A stretch of DNA of 63,982 bases, the filler included, from Rhabdomonas costata (lineage: Eukaryota): the NCBI GenBank assembly GCA_019059605.1. It is 9 parts of 9 records of this genome, joined end to end, with 100 filler letters (N's around TTAATTAATTAA, not from the genome) between each part and the next. Parts side by side here need not be neighbours in the genome. Positions count along the whole stretch, not along the records: positions 22,410 to 29,831 come from JAHMHO010000004.1; positions 29,932 to 36,724 come from JAHMHO010000005.1; 7 more parts are not named here. One strand, written 5' to 3'. Positions within the stretch are counted from its first letter, which is position 1. Every line of letters begins with the position of its first letter. The position numbers were made by a program, and so were the translations under genes. Under the pieces are notes generated by a model. The model made no database searches. It saw nothing but the letters and a program-made list of their open reading frames with translations, and was not told the origin of the DNA. Shown one piece after another: positions 22,410 through 34,320 of the stretch.

Positions 22410-24712
22410 GTCCTGTGCATCAGGATGGCCACCAGTTTGTGCCCGGTGTCAAGAATTGAGGTTGTGAGGACAGTGGTCCTGTTGTGCACCTTGAGGTGAA
22501 CGACCACAAGGTCCGAAAACGGGGAAATTTGCCTGCGGAATTTGCAGTCTCTGCAGCCTGGAGGAAAGTCCTTTACTTGTGCTTCCGCCAAAAAGAGGTC
22601 TTGTATTGATGCAAAGGATAAGAGGGTGGGAGCAGTGGGAAGTAGACTCACTGACATCATGTTGTGAGTAGAACTCCGAGTGCAGGTGTGCTCCAGACAA
22701 CTTGTACATTCCCGCATGGCGTGTATTCTGAAGGAGGTGCTGAAGACAGACAGCTTGAGGAACTCCATCAGAGCAGTACCGAGGTTGTCAGGTCGGGCCG
22801 AGTCCCAGCCCCAAGCATTTGCAGCGGTCTTGAAAACCTCAACTGACGGGCATTCCCCATCCCACAGCTTTTTAACAATTCCCTGAAGAGCAGCGTACTT
22901 AACCTCAGTAAAGTTGAAAGAACACAACAAGGCGCTGCGCAGCTGATCAGTGGCCATCACTGCATGAACAAAGCTTGTGAAGCAGCTTTGGAACGATTTG
23001 TGCAGATGAAGAGGCACAAGCCATTTTGGAGGGCCATGACATGGTCGTCGAGAATTTGCTAGCGACGGAATCGAAGCTGAGGTCCTTGTCCGTGCATCAA
23101 GCATATCTTGAATTTCATTCACCTCCAAGGGGTTGTACCTCCACAGCGGGGTAATTGAAGGAGGTGGTGGAAAGCCATTCATTGCTTGAGCCACGAAGGA
23201 AGTAAGGTCAGTTCTCGAGTGGACTAAAATTCATTCCCATTCATCCTGTGGTCCGGAAATGAACCGCTTGGCCGCGAAGCTCTCCGGATAGAGTGATATC
23301 AGTTGGGTGCATAGACCTCCAGGAAACCCGTCCAATCGCATTGTGTGATACGCCACATTTCCAATTGATCCATCCGAACGTTTGTTGACCCGGACTCCGG
23401 TGAGAAATCTGTCTTGCAGACGGATCGGGTTCATCCAGCCAAAATTTGCATTGTTGGGAATTACCACTGAACCAGGATCCTTGAACTGCAGCTCTTTTGG
23501 CCATACCGGGCTCAAAAAAGGCACCTTTTTTCCGTATGCGGCGCAGAAATTGCAAGTTGCAAAAACCAAAGTGTGATCTCGGACCATTGCGCGAGTGTAA
23601 GTGGGTCCTGCAATGGTCATGGAAGGCAGAAACCATCCATCTGGTAGTCCTCGGAGCAAAAAGGGCTTTTTTGCATTCAAAATCCAGAATCCCTCCCTGA
23701 AAGAGCTCAGTTTGGAGTAACAGTGCTCTCCTGATACGAGAATCGAGCGACAACATGCGCATTTTGTGTCCCAAGCCGCGTTTGCTGCTTCGAAGTAGTC
23801 ATCCAAACTACGAGGTCCTTTTCGCGGAGGCATTGCATCAACAGGTCCGGGCGCTTCTGGGTCCAGAGATGGGAACGAGTGCTGCCACATTTTACGTAGA
23901 GATGGGGGTAAGAATGCCCAGTAACTTTGATCGCCATGGCGTAGATTGTGCCCAATCACTGCAGGCCAGATACAAGTGTTGAGCTGCTCCACCCGAAGGT
24001 GTGGAGGGGTGTAGCAGTGGTAAGCCAAACACTGGCCACAGAGTAGCGCCTCATCGGTAGCAGTCTAATGGAAAAGAAAAGAAAGAAAAGAAAAAATAGG
24101 CATCTTTAACTGAAAATTATGTGACAAAATATAGTTTACATGGATTTCTGGAAAGGAGTGACAAAGCTGTTTAAAACATCCCAACATGCACACCTGATGT
24201 CTGTTGAACACCTTTGCCCTTCTGATAAAGCGGTAAGCGTCCTCGATTGGAAGTTCTCGTAAAAATTCGGCATGATCAGCTGTGTTGGCGGCAGACACCA
24301 TCGGAATGCCGCATCGGCCACATCCAGAGCAGACGTTTATTTCCGGTCTTTCGATTCTAAGAATGATACACAAAATGCAGAAAAAGCGCAGATTTTGCAA
24401 TAAAATGGATTTTGAAAGAAATCACAAAGCTCTTACCTTTGTAATTGATCAATCATGATGACGTTCCCCGTTTGGTGTGAAGACGCCTGAGTTGGCGAGG
24501 TGGATGGCACGGTGGTTCTGAAATGAGGAAATGGGGACGGATAAACACAAGCAGAAGGACATAATGTTTTCTTTGGACAAGCAGAAGTTCACATACGCTT
24601 GTGTTTGTTGTGGGGGGTGATTGTCGCCGTCCATGAGGAGAGCGTACCATTCACTTAAGCCACGGTCACTTACAATGTCGTCCAACCAATTGGTTCCATC
24701 TGGGTTTTCCAT
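22410..24712 (-). CDS. Cys-rich (possibly Helitron-associated) protein with C-terminal USP/peptidase C19 domain; one in-frame TGA; runs off the contig
   Basis: Exons 24712-24597, 24517-24437, 24356-24194 and 24064-<22410 join in phase through GT-AG introns. Cys pairs: CSGCGRC, CGQC, CACC, CNFC. After the TGA at 23233-23231 the same frame gives KSFQSCFTSFVHAVMATDQLRSAL (Cys box), ALMEFL, CTSC/CRDC, ISPFSDLVVVHLK and HKLVAILMHR (start of the His-box region). Confidence 0.7.
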
Positions 24713-25229
24713 TGCAACACGCGTGTAGTGGGTCAAAAAAGTATGTGCACAAGAAACTGTTTAAAACGTGCGTCAGGTAATCAAAGCGGAATAAAAATGC
24801 AAAATTCCTAGTCAAGCTGCTTCTGCCAACGAGTTCACATGCCGCACATCTTCAATTGAGCGCAGGACTTGCAATGGGATCCTGAGCGTTAATCTTTATT
24901 CTTTTCAATCGATACAATGTCTCGCACTCTGAAGCCATCAATATGATGAACCAATGGCATCCACAAAATGTTCCCGCACCTTCCTTTAAGGGAAACCAAA
25001 TACTCTTCTGTCACTGTGCACCTGCGAAAGCAGAGTTTCAACAGCAAACAACCAAGGCGTGTATATAAAATTCTTTGCTGGGAGAAAAAAGAAAGCACAT
25101 CCCCCTGCCCTGTGTGTTTCCGTCAGTGCGAATGGGAGAAAGCGTGAACGGCAGTGAAACAGAATAGAGAGGGCGAATGGTAGTGCTTCTTCCTTTAGTC
25201 CATTTTCTCGCAGTGGATCATCTCGAAGT

Positions 25230-27575
25230 TCAGTATTGCACAATTTCCGCCAGCACCAACCAGAACTTCGCCGCAGGGATGGCGTTCATCTGGACGACAG
25301 ACACGTCATCAGCCTTCCACCAGCATAGGCCGTTGCGGATCCAGGCGACCCACCCATCTGGGATGGCAGCCTCAAGCGCCGCTCTGACGAAGAGCTTCTT
25401 GCCTGCGAACAAGAACTCCTCCGGGATCTGAAGCTCCGTTTCACTGCTTGGGTTGTATTTCACCGCGAAGACCGCCACTTGACCTTCCATAGCAAGCTGG
25501 GTGTTGCCGCTCTCGGATGGAACGTATGTGGTGCAGGTGGGACAGAAGCATCGAGTGGGGGCCATTGGCTTGAACTCTGCCGCAACGTCCTCGAGAGCTC
25601 CTTTCGTGTTGACTGAGAGTGGAATTTCCCACTTTTTGTCGTTGTTGTGGATGGGATTCTGGCATTTCGGGCACAACCCGGACCAACTTATGGCGAATCT
25701 CGCAGCAGCAGGCTCAAAAATCTGGGCCAGAGAAGCCCAGAGAATGCGGGGGTCGCTTCGAACTTCTGTAATTGCAGCGTAGCTCCGGAGGGTTTGAAGA
25801 ACATCACGGATCTCCGTCGGTACAGGAAGGACTTTGCGGTGGATGTTCATGATGAACGATGCAAACTTCTTTTTCACAGCTGACTCCGTGATGTGCTCCA
25901 CAGCGACAACAACGATCTGCGCTGCAGGCTTGGCGGCTTGAGCCTTCGGGCTGCTCTTGGGTGGGTTGGAACTGGATGCTGCTGTGGCTGTTCCCTCCGC
26001 ATTCGGTTTGGGAGCGGCCGTGGATTTCGCGGGCGGACCCTGCTTTGGTGGCAGAGCGGAACTGTCGCCAGCTTCCTGTTGTGGTGCATTGGCGTGCTGG
26101 CCTTCCAAGGACTCCTGGCTGGAAAAGGTTGCTGGCGCCGAGATTACTGCGGAAGACAACCTTGGTGCCGAGCCTTGCGGCTTAGCTCTTGGAGCTGCTC
26201 CTGGCATCGCACGTGGAGGAGACGTCAGATCTCTCGTGAACTGGGAGACCAGTGGGGCTGTGTTCACAATGCACTGTGCAAGAGCATTGACCGGGTTCTG
26301 TACGGAGTCTGTTGGCAGGAACGAGGGCTTGGGGCTGGGAGATTTCCACTTCGGGAAACCGTACATCTGGCATGGAGTTTTCGGCGCCTGATTTTCAGGG
26401 ATGGGCTCCGGAAGCTCAACGGGCCAGGATTGGTCATCGCTAGGCTTGAAGAGGATGACGTGAAGTTCGCTTTTTCCGTAAAGCCCCGGTAGGCCCTCAA
26501 CTTCCCGAAATCTAGCCCACCCAAAAACGTCGAACTTTTTACCAGGAGGGAATCGCTCAGCTAGCTTTGCATTAATTCCATCCGGGCCATAAGTGAGCGG
26601 GAGCTTCGCTCCGTGCACGGACCATGGTCCCGACAGGTATTGAAGGGCCCTTCTGCCCTTAAAAACGCAATTTTCTGTGTTGCCGTTGGGCATCCTCATG
26701 ACCACCGTGAACTCGACGTACTGCTGGAATGCTCTTTTTGACCTACAGGAATAGCACACGGTATTGCTTAACTCAAAAGATACTGAAACGTTGTTTCAAA
26801 AAAAAATAGAAGGTAAGGCAGGCATACAGGGGGCACACAGGACAGCACGCCAGGTTAGCGGAGAAGGCATGCGTCCCCTCGCAGTTCTGGTTCCCGCACC
26901 CATCGTACTGGAAGGTGGCATCCACACGAACTCCGATCACCTCGCAGGCAAACATTACACCGGAAGCCCACGCCTGGTCGTCTTGCGGCACCAACCCGGC
27001 TTTTGATGCACTGGAAAAATGTCGAAATGGGTTGAAGTCCGAAAAGACGTCGGTCATCTTGACGGGAATGTCTCCAGGTGCCATGTATACCATGTGCACC
27101 ATTGGGCTGCTCCAAACTTCTTCGTGGGTGCGGTGCAGCAACACCAGAGCTAAAAGTGTAAGAACACAAAGTGAAGAAAAATGTGTAGTGTCCGTTGCCA
27201 CTTTCTCATTACTAATTCAACCCGAATAACAAGTGATACACAGATACCTGCTCCTGGCTGCAGAAGGTCTTCCTGAGAAACCACAGCTCCAGCGATTTCT
27301 CTGGGCATCTGGAGTGCTCCCGTTTTGCTGTGGAGGTCCATGAAGATCAACATGCTGGGAACCATTTTCTTGCTCTCAACTTTAGGCGCCTTTCCAAAAG
27401 GCTGACCTGGCTTTGCCTTGTGAAATGCCACCTCCATGTTGGAAGTAGAGACGTGCAACACAATGCAATGGATAGCTGCTTCTGAGAGACCACCAGTGTC
27501 GAGGCCCTGTTTCAGGGACACAGCAGGCAGGGCATGAAAGGCCGCTATTCGATCAGCAAGTGAATGAGACAACAT
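25230..27575 (-). CDS. RPA1/RPA70-like OB-fold zinc domain fused to a catalytically inactive USP-fold domain
   Basis: Exons 27575-27248, 27149-~26827 and ~26766-25230 (second junction approximate). FQYDGCGNQNC...CYSC...YVEFTVVMRMPNG...FKGRRALQYLSG resembles RPA1 DBD-C. NPVNALAQCIVNTAPL, CPKC, CPTC and GWVAWIRNGLCWWKADDVSV...WLVLAE resemble the USP Cys box, finger and His box. Confidence 0.7.
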
Positions 27576-27774
27576 CAGGAAAATCGCTGCGCTGTTTATA
27601 GAGGAAGCAAAGAAAAGGTTTTGAGAATAATGATGGCCGCTAAAGATGCCCGCTTAATGAAAAATTGATCAATGGAATCGTGCTCTTTTTCGTTTTTTAC
27701 TTGTAAAAAAGAAAAAGAGCGACGCTTCACATTTCTCTGGTATCGCAGGTTTTATTTTAGACAAAACATCACCA

Positions 27775-28270
27775 TGGAACCCGCTGGTGAGGCCAATGTA
27801 TTCGACGAAGAGTTCGAGGAGTTATGGACAACCCAAGGCAGGCTTGTGTCGGCTCGAGGTGGGGGTTTTCTGGAAGCATTAGCAATGGTAGAATGCACCT
27901 TTCAACGCTATGTGTTCATTTTCATGAAGCAGTATCGGTAAGATAATTTACTTACTGATATGTGTACTTGTGTGATGTGTAGCGTGAGACCAGTGAGGAC
28001 GAAGAAGAGGCTCCGGAGCCTTGCACCTGCGTATGCTGTATGCTGTTCTGGGAGCTTTTTGTTTATGTATCCATGGGGGTAAATCTTCGCTTTACAGCAA
28101 ACGTTTTTCAGGAACCGTGCGTGGCAGGGACTTCTACCGTTGCGATAAAAGAGGGGGAAACTCTGCCTGTTCCTTCGCGAAGGTGCCTGCATTGCGATCC
28201 TTTAAGTGGATTGCAGTGCCCTTCGCACCGCCGCGTCGGGAAAACCTGCAGAAAGCACAAGAATTCGGTA
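27775..28270 (+). CDS. GRF-type zinc finger protein, divergent from the RPA-like gene; exon structure uncertain
   Basis: The frame of ORF 28021 reads CIHGGKSSLYSKRFSGTVRGRDFYRCDKRGGNSACSFAK...W, matching C.HG...G...GR.FY.C...C.F..W. A possible acidic first exon starts at ~27775 (MEPAGEANVFDEEFEELW). Confidence 0.6.
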
Positions 28271-28369
28271 TGTTGCTCTCAGCACGAGCGATCCTAGGTT
28301 TTAGTTATCATCGCGTAGTTCACAGCTGCCTAAAATTGTTTTCAGATACACATCGCGAAGGGACCAGCG

Positions 28370-29113
28370 ATGGGGCGGAAGCGGAAGTTCCCGTTCGAGG
28401 TGAAGCCCACTGTTGCAGACGATGAGCCTGCGGCGCCAGCTGAGGAGGAGAAGGGACAGTATACAAAGCTGCGTAGAACGGGAGATAAGCAGGGCCCGAC
28501 AATAAATCAGCTGCTTGCTGCCGCCCCCCCTCCAAGTGTGTGTGTGAAGGTCGAGGTCAAGGAAGAGGTTCGAGTTGCACCCTCTTCGTTGCGGCAGCTT
28601 CAGTTGGATTACGCTGAAGCTGATGAGATCGCACCCCATTCGGCCGCATCAGCAGTATCACAGGGCAAATATGTGGATGACCTTCAAGAAGTTGTGCTTC
28701 CGACATGCACAACTTTTTTTGAAACACATCCGATCCGCTTGCTTGGGAACTTGAATTTTGTTGTTGTTCCCAAGTGCGTTCGCCACCCTCCGGCGCCCCG
28801 TCCTCGCCACGGCAAACTGAGACAAAGGTCAGTGTTTACCCAGACGCAGGGGCATCCCGACTTGAACGGGAAAAGGGAATTGCTTATTGGGCCGGTTGTG
28901 GTGTCTTCTCCTCCACCCTCCCCTCCACCCTCTCCACCAAAGGGACCTTACAGGGTCATTTGGAAACTTCCTATGCGCACTGCACAGCAAAGAGAGGAAG
29001 AAAGAAGAAACCAGACGCTGGCAAGAGCTTTGGGCCCCTCGGTCCTGAGGACCACTTTCTTGCGGGCTGATCTTCTCCCCGAAGACCACCCTGAATACAA
29101 CCCCTTGGTGTAA
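28370..29113 (+). CDS. Hypothetical basic, Pro-rich protein (may be the last exon of the GRF gene)
   Basis: 247-aa ORF with an NLS-like RKRK and an SPPPSPPPSPP tract. An acceptor TTTTCAG lies just upstream. No domain recognised. Confidence 0.45.
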   Translation: MGRKRKFPFEVKPTVADDEPAAPAEEEKGQYTKLRRTGDKQGPTINQLLAAAPPPSVCVKVEVKEEVRVAPSSLRQLQLDYAEADEIAPHSAASAVSQGKYVDDLQEVVLPTCTTFFETHPIRLLGNLNFVVVPKCVRHPPAPRPRHGKLRQRSVFTQTQGHPDLNGKRELLIGPVVVSSPPPSPPPSPPKGPYRVIWKLPMRTAQQREEERRNQTLARALGPSVLRTTFLRADLLPEDHPEYNPLV

Positions 29114-30039
29114 ACACAGTGACGAATGTGTTTGTGGTGGACATTGGCTGTCATATATTACGGTGCGAAGATGGTGGATTTTTTAATTTTTTTTACGGGA
29201 AAGAATCAAAGTGAGGGCAAACCTAGCTTGGTATCTTGACAATGAAAAGCTTGGGGCCTTAGCGAAAAAAGGTCTTGCATTGTTAGGCATGATTGTGATG
29301 GAGCTTTTAAGGTTTCTTCGCATCTCGTCGTGTTACAAAAGGAGATGGTCGCTAGGTAATCTGCTGCATCTCTATGGCCTTGTAATTCATCCAAGATGGT
29401 TCATTCAGAACAAGCATTCAAATGAAACAGGCATGTCCACCAGCGCTGTCATTGACAGAGACACTGACAAGGGTATAACAAGGGCATTTTAAGGCACCCA
29501 CCAAGCCTCCTGTAAAACACAAGACGTTGGCATTATTATGTGTCAAAGTGCAGTAAAGTGGTACCTTATCATAAGGATATTCGGTGAAGGTGAGCAGAAA
29601 TATCCTTGATTAATGAAATGTGTCACGCAACAACGTACAAACGTTTACTTGATCGGAACATATGCACGCTTTCAACCATCTCTAACCCGTAGTTCCACTC
29701 CATTCAAACAGTTCTTTGCTGGAACACGGTGCTGCGAAATCAGTCAATCATGTACTTTATGCTTCTGGTTTCCATACAGTGGTGTTCTGTTGATCTTTGC
29801 TATCAATCAAATGCTGCAGGAAACCAAAAACNNNNNNNNNNNNNNNNNNNNNNNNNNNNNNNNNNNNNNNNNNNNTTAATTAATTAANNNNNNNNNNNNN
29901 NNNNNNNNNNNNNNNNNNNNNNNNNNNNNNNCAGCGAACCGTAGCAATCTCCCAGGCTAGAGGTGCGATTTGCGGTCAGTGGGGTAGTCCAATGAGTTTG
30001 CTGTGGAGGAGGGGTTCCCCTTCTTCTGTTGTGACTCAG

Positions 30040-30539
30040 GCGATCGGTGCGGGGCATAACTTTGTCGCCGAGACTGAGGCGAACATCCGTCAGCTCAGCA
30101 TGCTGCGCAACGGTAGGCTTCTGGCTCCTCGTCTGATCCCCCCCCCCTCCGCTTTTTTTCGCCCTCAGGTGGCCTGGCGTCTAACTAAGAATCGCCTTTT
30201 GTGCATGCCGCGAATGCGGGAACGAGCCCCGTTTTGATTTTTCCGTCAGGGTGGGAAATCCCCCATCACCATTGCCCAACAACATTTCACGAGGATGTTT
30301 GGCTGCATCATGTGGTCTTCTTGCCGTTCTTGTGGTGTGGCACACACACTTCTAGCTGTGTGGGTGGGTGCCTTTTGCGTAACGACGGTTCGTCGCAGGC
30401 TTTGAGCTCCGCCCGCCCCGGACGCTTACTGGGACCTCCTCCCTCCTATCCGGGATCGCCCTGGGGTTGGGTATGCCCTCCGGACCCAGTGGCTTTGGCC
30501 TGCACCACGCCCTGAACTACCCTTCCAGCGGCTTTTGAT
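30040..30539 (+). CDS. Last two exons of an unidentified gene
   Basis: CAG|AIGAGHNFVAETEANIRQLSMLRN|GTAGG joins in phase to CAG|GFELRPPRTL...HHALNYPSSGF*. Confidence 0.35.
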
Positions 30540-30998
30540 GGCATACACCCACACACACCCACACCCACACACACACACACAAGAATTGCACGGTTACCTC
30601 CCTCCTGAAACTGAGTAATAGCTTGCCATCTCTGCAGTAAAGAACAACTTCAGACCCGAAGCGATTCGTAGTATGTAAAACTCCGAAGTCTCTTTGCACT
30701 GTATTCGTGCCGCTGGTCTCGGGTGGGTGCCTCTGAGAAAAGGTGCACAACTCCCCAGTTGCCGGTGTAGCTTGGCGCACAACGATGCCTTGCAATAAGA
30801 AGGATTTGATATTTTTTCGGTGCAGAAGCTGCCTTTTGCCCAAATCCAGCATCCCATTTGGAACACGGTGCACTCGCAAGGTTAAGACCGAGAACCTGAG
30901 TTCTGTCCAGGTAACAAAAACATCCGTTTACGGTGGAGCTCTTGCCACCCCTTGACAAGTGTCATTGTACTTCCGTGCTGCATTCTTCAAATTCTCTA

Positions 30999-31148
<150 letters not shown>

Positions 31149-31375
31149 TTAGTTCGGATTTCCACAGAAGAGTTTCTCTTTTTATGCGATCATCCAAACG
31201 AAATCAAAATCGCAAACAGAAACGGACTGGACCGCCTTTAGCATCTTCTCCGGATACGAAACGGAAGGAGGCTATTCCAGCAGAATCCCCCCACGGGCAT
31301 CAACAACATCGGAAAGGCGAATTTGGCGAGGAACGCAGCTATTCTCCGGGCACGGGCACCGTGCAGGCCACCGCA

Positions 31376-32642
31376 CCTGCAGTGTGGTGGTGTTCACGGC
31401 GTACGTATTCCAGGACTCATCGGCTCCCTGGCAGATCATGGCGATAGGGTCAAAGCCCTCCGCCACTGCGTACACTGCGGCAACCCCGGAAACGGGGCCC
31501 AGCACGGCGAGGAAGCCATCGTGCTCATAGGGCAGCGTGGAGTAAGCCTGCGAAAAGGGTGACAAAGCATGGGGTGCAGCGAGGGGTCGCTGCCCTGCTT
31601 TCTCCTTTGCCCGCTCGGTTATGGGTGCCTGCCAGAGTGGCTGCGAAACAGAAACCTGATGAGGCGCGAAAGTCCCCGTTGACTTGCACCTTCAACAACG
31701 ACTGGGCGGCGACCTGTGCACCTGCTGAGGGGAGCTCTTCATGTTGTGTGAGCTGTGAGTTGTGAGTATTCTTGTCAAACCAGATGCAGTGAAGGCTTCC
31801 TGTGTTTTTTCCTGTGCGAAACCAGGGCGCAAGAGATTCTTTTCGGAAACACGAACCAAGCATAAAACCACACATCCATGACACGATGTGATGGAGGCAG
31901 GGCAAGCGGTGGTGGTGGCAGTGGAGGCGCACATAGGGTGCCATCTCAAGAGTCGTGTTCAGGTTGTTCAGGTCCAAGCCCATGCTGGTAACTATCTTGT
32001 ACGTCGACTCCACGATGGTGTGAATCGAGGCCAGGAAGTCTTGCAAGCTGCTGCTCAACTGGGGGGGGGGGGGGTACGACAGAAAACCACAACGGTGATC
32101 CCATGCACCGTGAGCACCAAGCAGGTGGTCACCAAGAGTCAGCAACAACCCCACGACGGGCGAAGTGCACATTTTGCAAAGGTGGTCGGTGTCGCGTAGA
32201 CAACGAAATCCATCTCGACCCAACCACAATGACCACCAGGCATAGGGCTCTCAAAGCAGCGCACCTCAGAAAGGCCGTTGCTCAGCATCAATGAGGCCAG
32301 AGCCTGGACCTGCGCCTGGGAGGACGCCGAGGCGGCCATCAAGGAGCTCGAAGACAGCTCCACCGTTCGCACCAACGCAGCCCCAGCCTGCTGCAGAGAG
32401 TTGTTCGTGATGGCCGTGGTGCGGGAGGAGATGTCCAGCATGGCCTGCGAGGAGGCATGCTTCAGCTCCTCCAGGGCGTTGCTGGAGTATGTCATTATCA
32501 CCACAACTACCAGCGTGGTCACCAGCACAAGGGTGAGTACAAAGAACGCCAGGCTGACGGCTCGCACGGAGCACAGCCTCCACAGCGGAGCGTCCCGCGG
32601 GGGTGGCTCGAAGGGGGAAACAAAAGTCTCAGTCCCGGGCAT
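31376..32642 (-). CDS. N-terminal exons of a membrane-anchored receptor-like protein (possibly a receptor cyclase ectodomain)
   Basis: ATG at 32642; TM helix SLAFFVLTLVLVTTLVVVVIMTY followed by a long helical segment. Three exons, each ending at a GTGCG donor (...NGLSE|, ...LEMAPY|, ...NTTTLQ|). Confidence 0.55.
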
Positions 32643-34320
32643 TGCCGCGACTCCCCCCTGGGATCAGAAAAAGGAAAAAGAAGAGAAGAAAAGAAAGGCT
32701 GCAGATGCGCAGGGTAGGGTCACGCCACGGAGGGGTAAAGGGGTCAGATATACTACACAACACGGAAAACAGAGGGATTGGGTTCAAGGGGCAACTGCCA
32801 TGAGCATAAAATGTAATTACGCCCCTATCCCAATCGCAAAAATTCCACTAACTCGAACCTGAATGCGCTCACCAATGACATCCCGTTTTTCGCAGGATCA
32901 CAACTACCCACCTTTGCTAGAAAACTGGTGAGTTGGATAAGAGAATGGATTAACGGAAACAAAACTCAGACAGCCCGTCCCAAGCACCCCTCTGAACTCT
33001 TTCCGGCTTTCTTGCAGTGAGCGGGTTTGATAGTCGGACACAGATACCCACCCAACCTGGCACGACGCCACGCGGCACGAATCCCGGTTTTAAGAAGCCC
33101 ATCCAAGACAGACTTTTGCCCAGCTGCTGGAGAACAATGCCACCGAGACGCCACAAGCGGCAGATGTGTGCAGATGACTTTGGTGGGTACGGGGCTCCAG
33201 TGCACTTGCACTTCACACACCATGCGCAGAGAAAATTCCCTCTAAGGCAGACCATGGGGATGTGCATGTGCGCGTATGTGCGCGCGAATGGTGTAGGGAG
33301 TGCAGAGAAAGTGGGTGGGTGAGGGTCGCGAATTACATGGTTACTCACATTGTGTGGTATGTAGATCATCACCATCCATGCATTCAACACCTTTCTGCGG
33401 GTTAACACCAACTGGCTCCACTGGTCCCCAGCCTGTCCCTCAGAATCCACCGCAAAAGCAGGGAATGCTTTTTTTTGGAGGTTTGGAGGAGAAGGGGGCG
33501 GGGGAGGGGCTGTGGAGAAAACAAGCGGCACCCGGAAGAAGGAAGGAATACGACAGAGAAAAGAAAGGATGTGGCGCATACACAATGTGGGAACAAGCGG
33601 GGAAGCCGAAAAGGAAACGTTCGGCTTCAATGTTCGCAAGGCAAAGAAAAGCGAAGAACGGTGTGGAGCAAAAAAAAAAGAGGGGGGGGGGTAAACCAAT
33701 TTGGAATCACAGGAGCCAACCGGAAGCATACACAGGCAATGGATACAGCACAGAAAGGAAGAAGCGAAGGAGCACCCCATAATGGCATAATGGTGCCGCT
33801 CGCAGCACAACGCATGAACCGCTCGTGTCGGGGTCGTGTCCCCAACCTTCTATCCAAAAACCGCAGTAACATTAATGCCACGCACGAAAAAGAAAACAGC
33901 GCTGGGCCAAAGGAAGACCCACGGCTCCGAATTCAGCACTGCCACAAAGCAGAGTGCAGAACTGCAGAACCAGAAGAATACGAAGCAGTGCCAGAGCCCT
34001 ATAGGAAGGAAAGAGCAGGCGACCTTCACTCAATCACGGCACACTGAAAACAGGGGCACAGAAGAAGATAGAAACCATGCACCAGAAGCTGCACAAAGTG
34101 AATATGACTGACTATGCAGCCAGCACACGCACCCCAAAGCTCCTCCGTTCACTACAGAAAGTGCGATAAGAGCGTTCGCAAAGGAACCGCTGAAGGACCC
34201 TTCGTCTTTGCGGGGAGAACGGGGGGCACAAATCTGGATCCTCCTCACACAACTCGTGCGATAGAGTTGGTTGCCCTTTTGGCATAGGGCTCACGCCGAA
34301 GCACAGGAACCGGCGCAGAG

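Noticed and set aside
23231-23233. Alternative genetic code (TGA=Trp) for contig 4
   Set aside because: Only one in-frame TGA; TGG encodes the Trp residues, and the adjacent gene stops at a TGA followed shortly by another TGA.
29330-29490. Third USP His-box-like peptide (YTLVSVSVNDSAGGHACFI)
   Set aside because: The frame has several stops upstream and no Cys box or finger motifs; probably chance.
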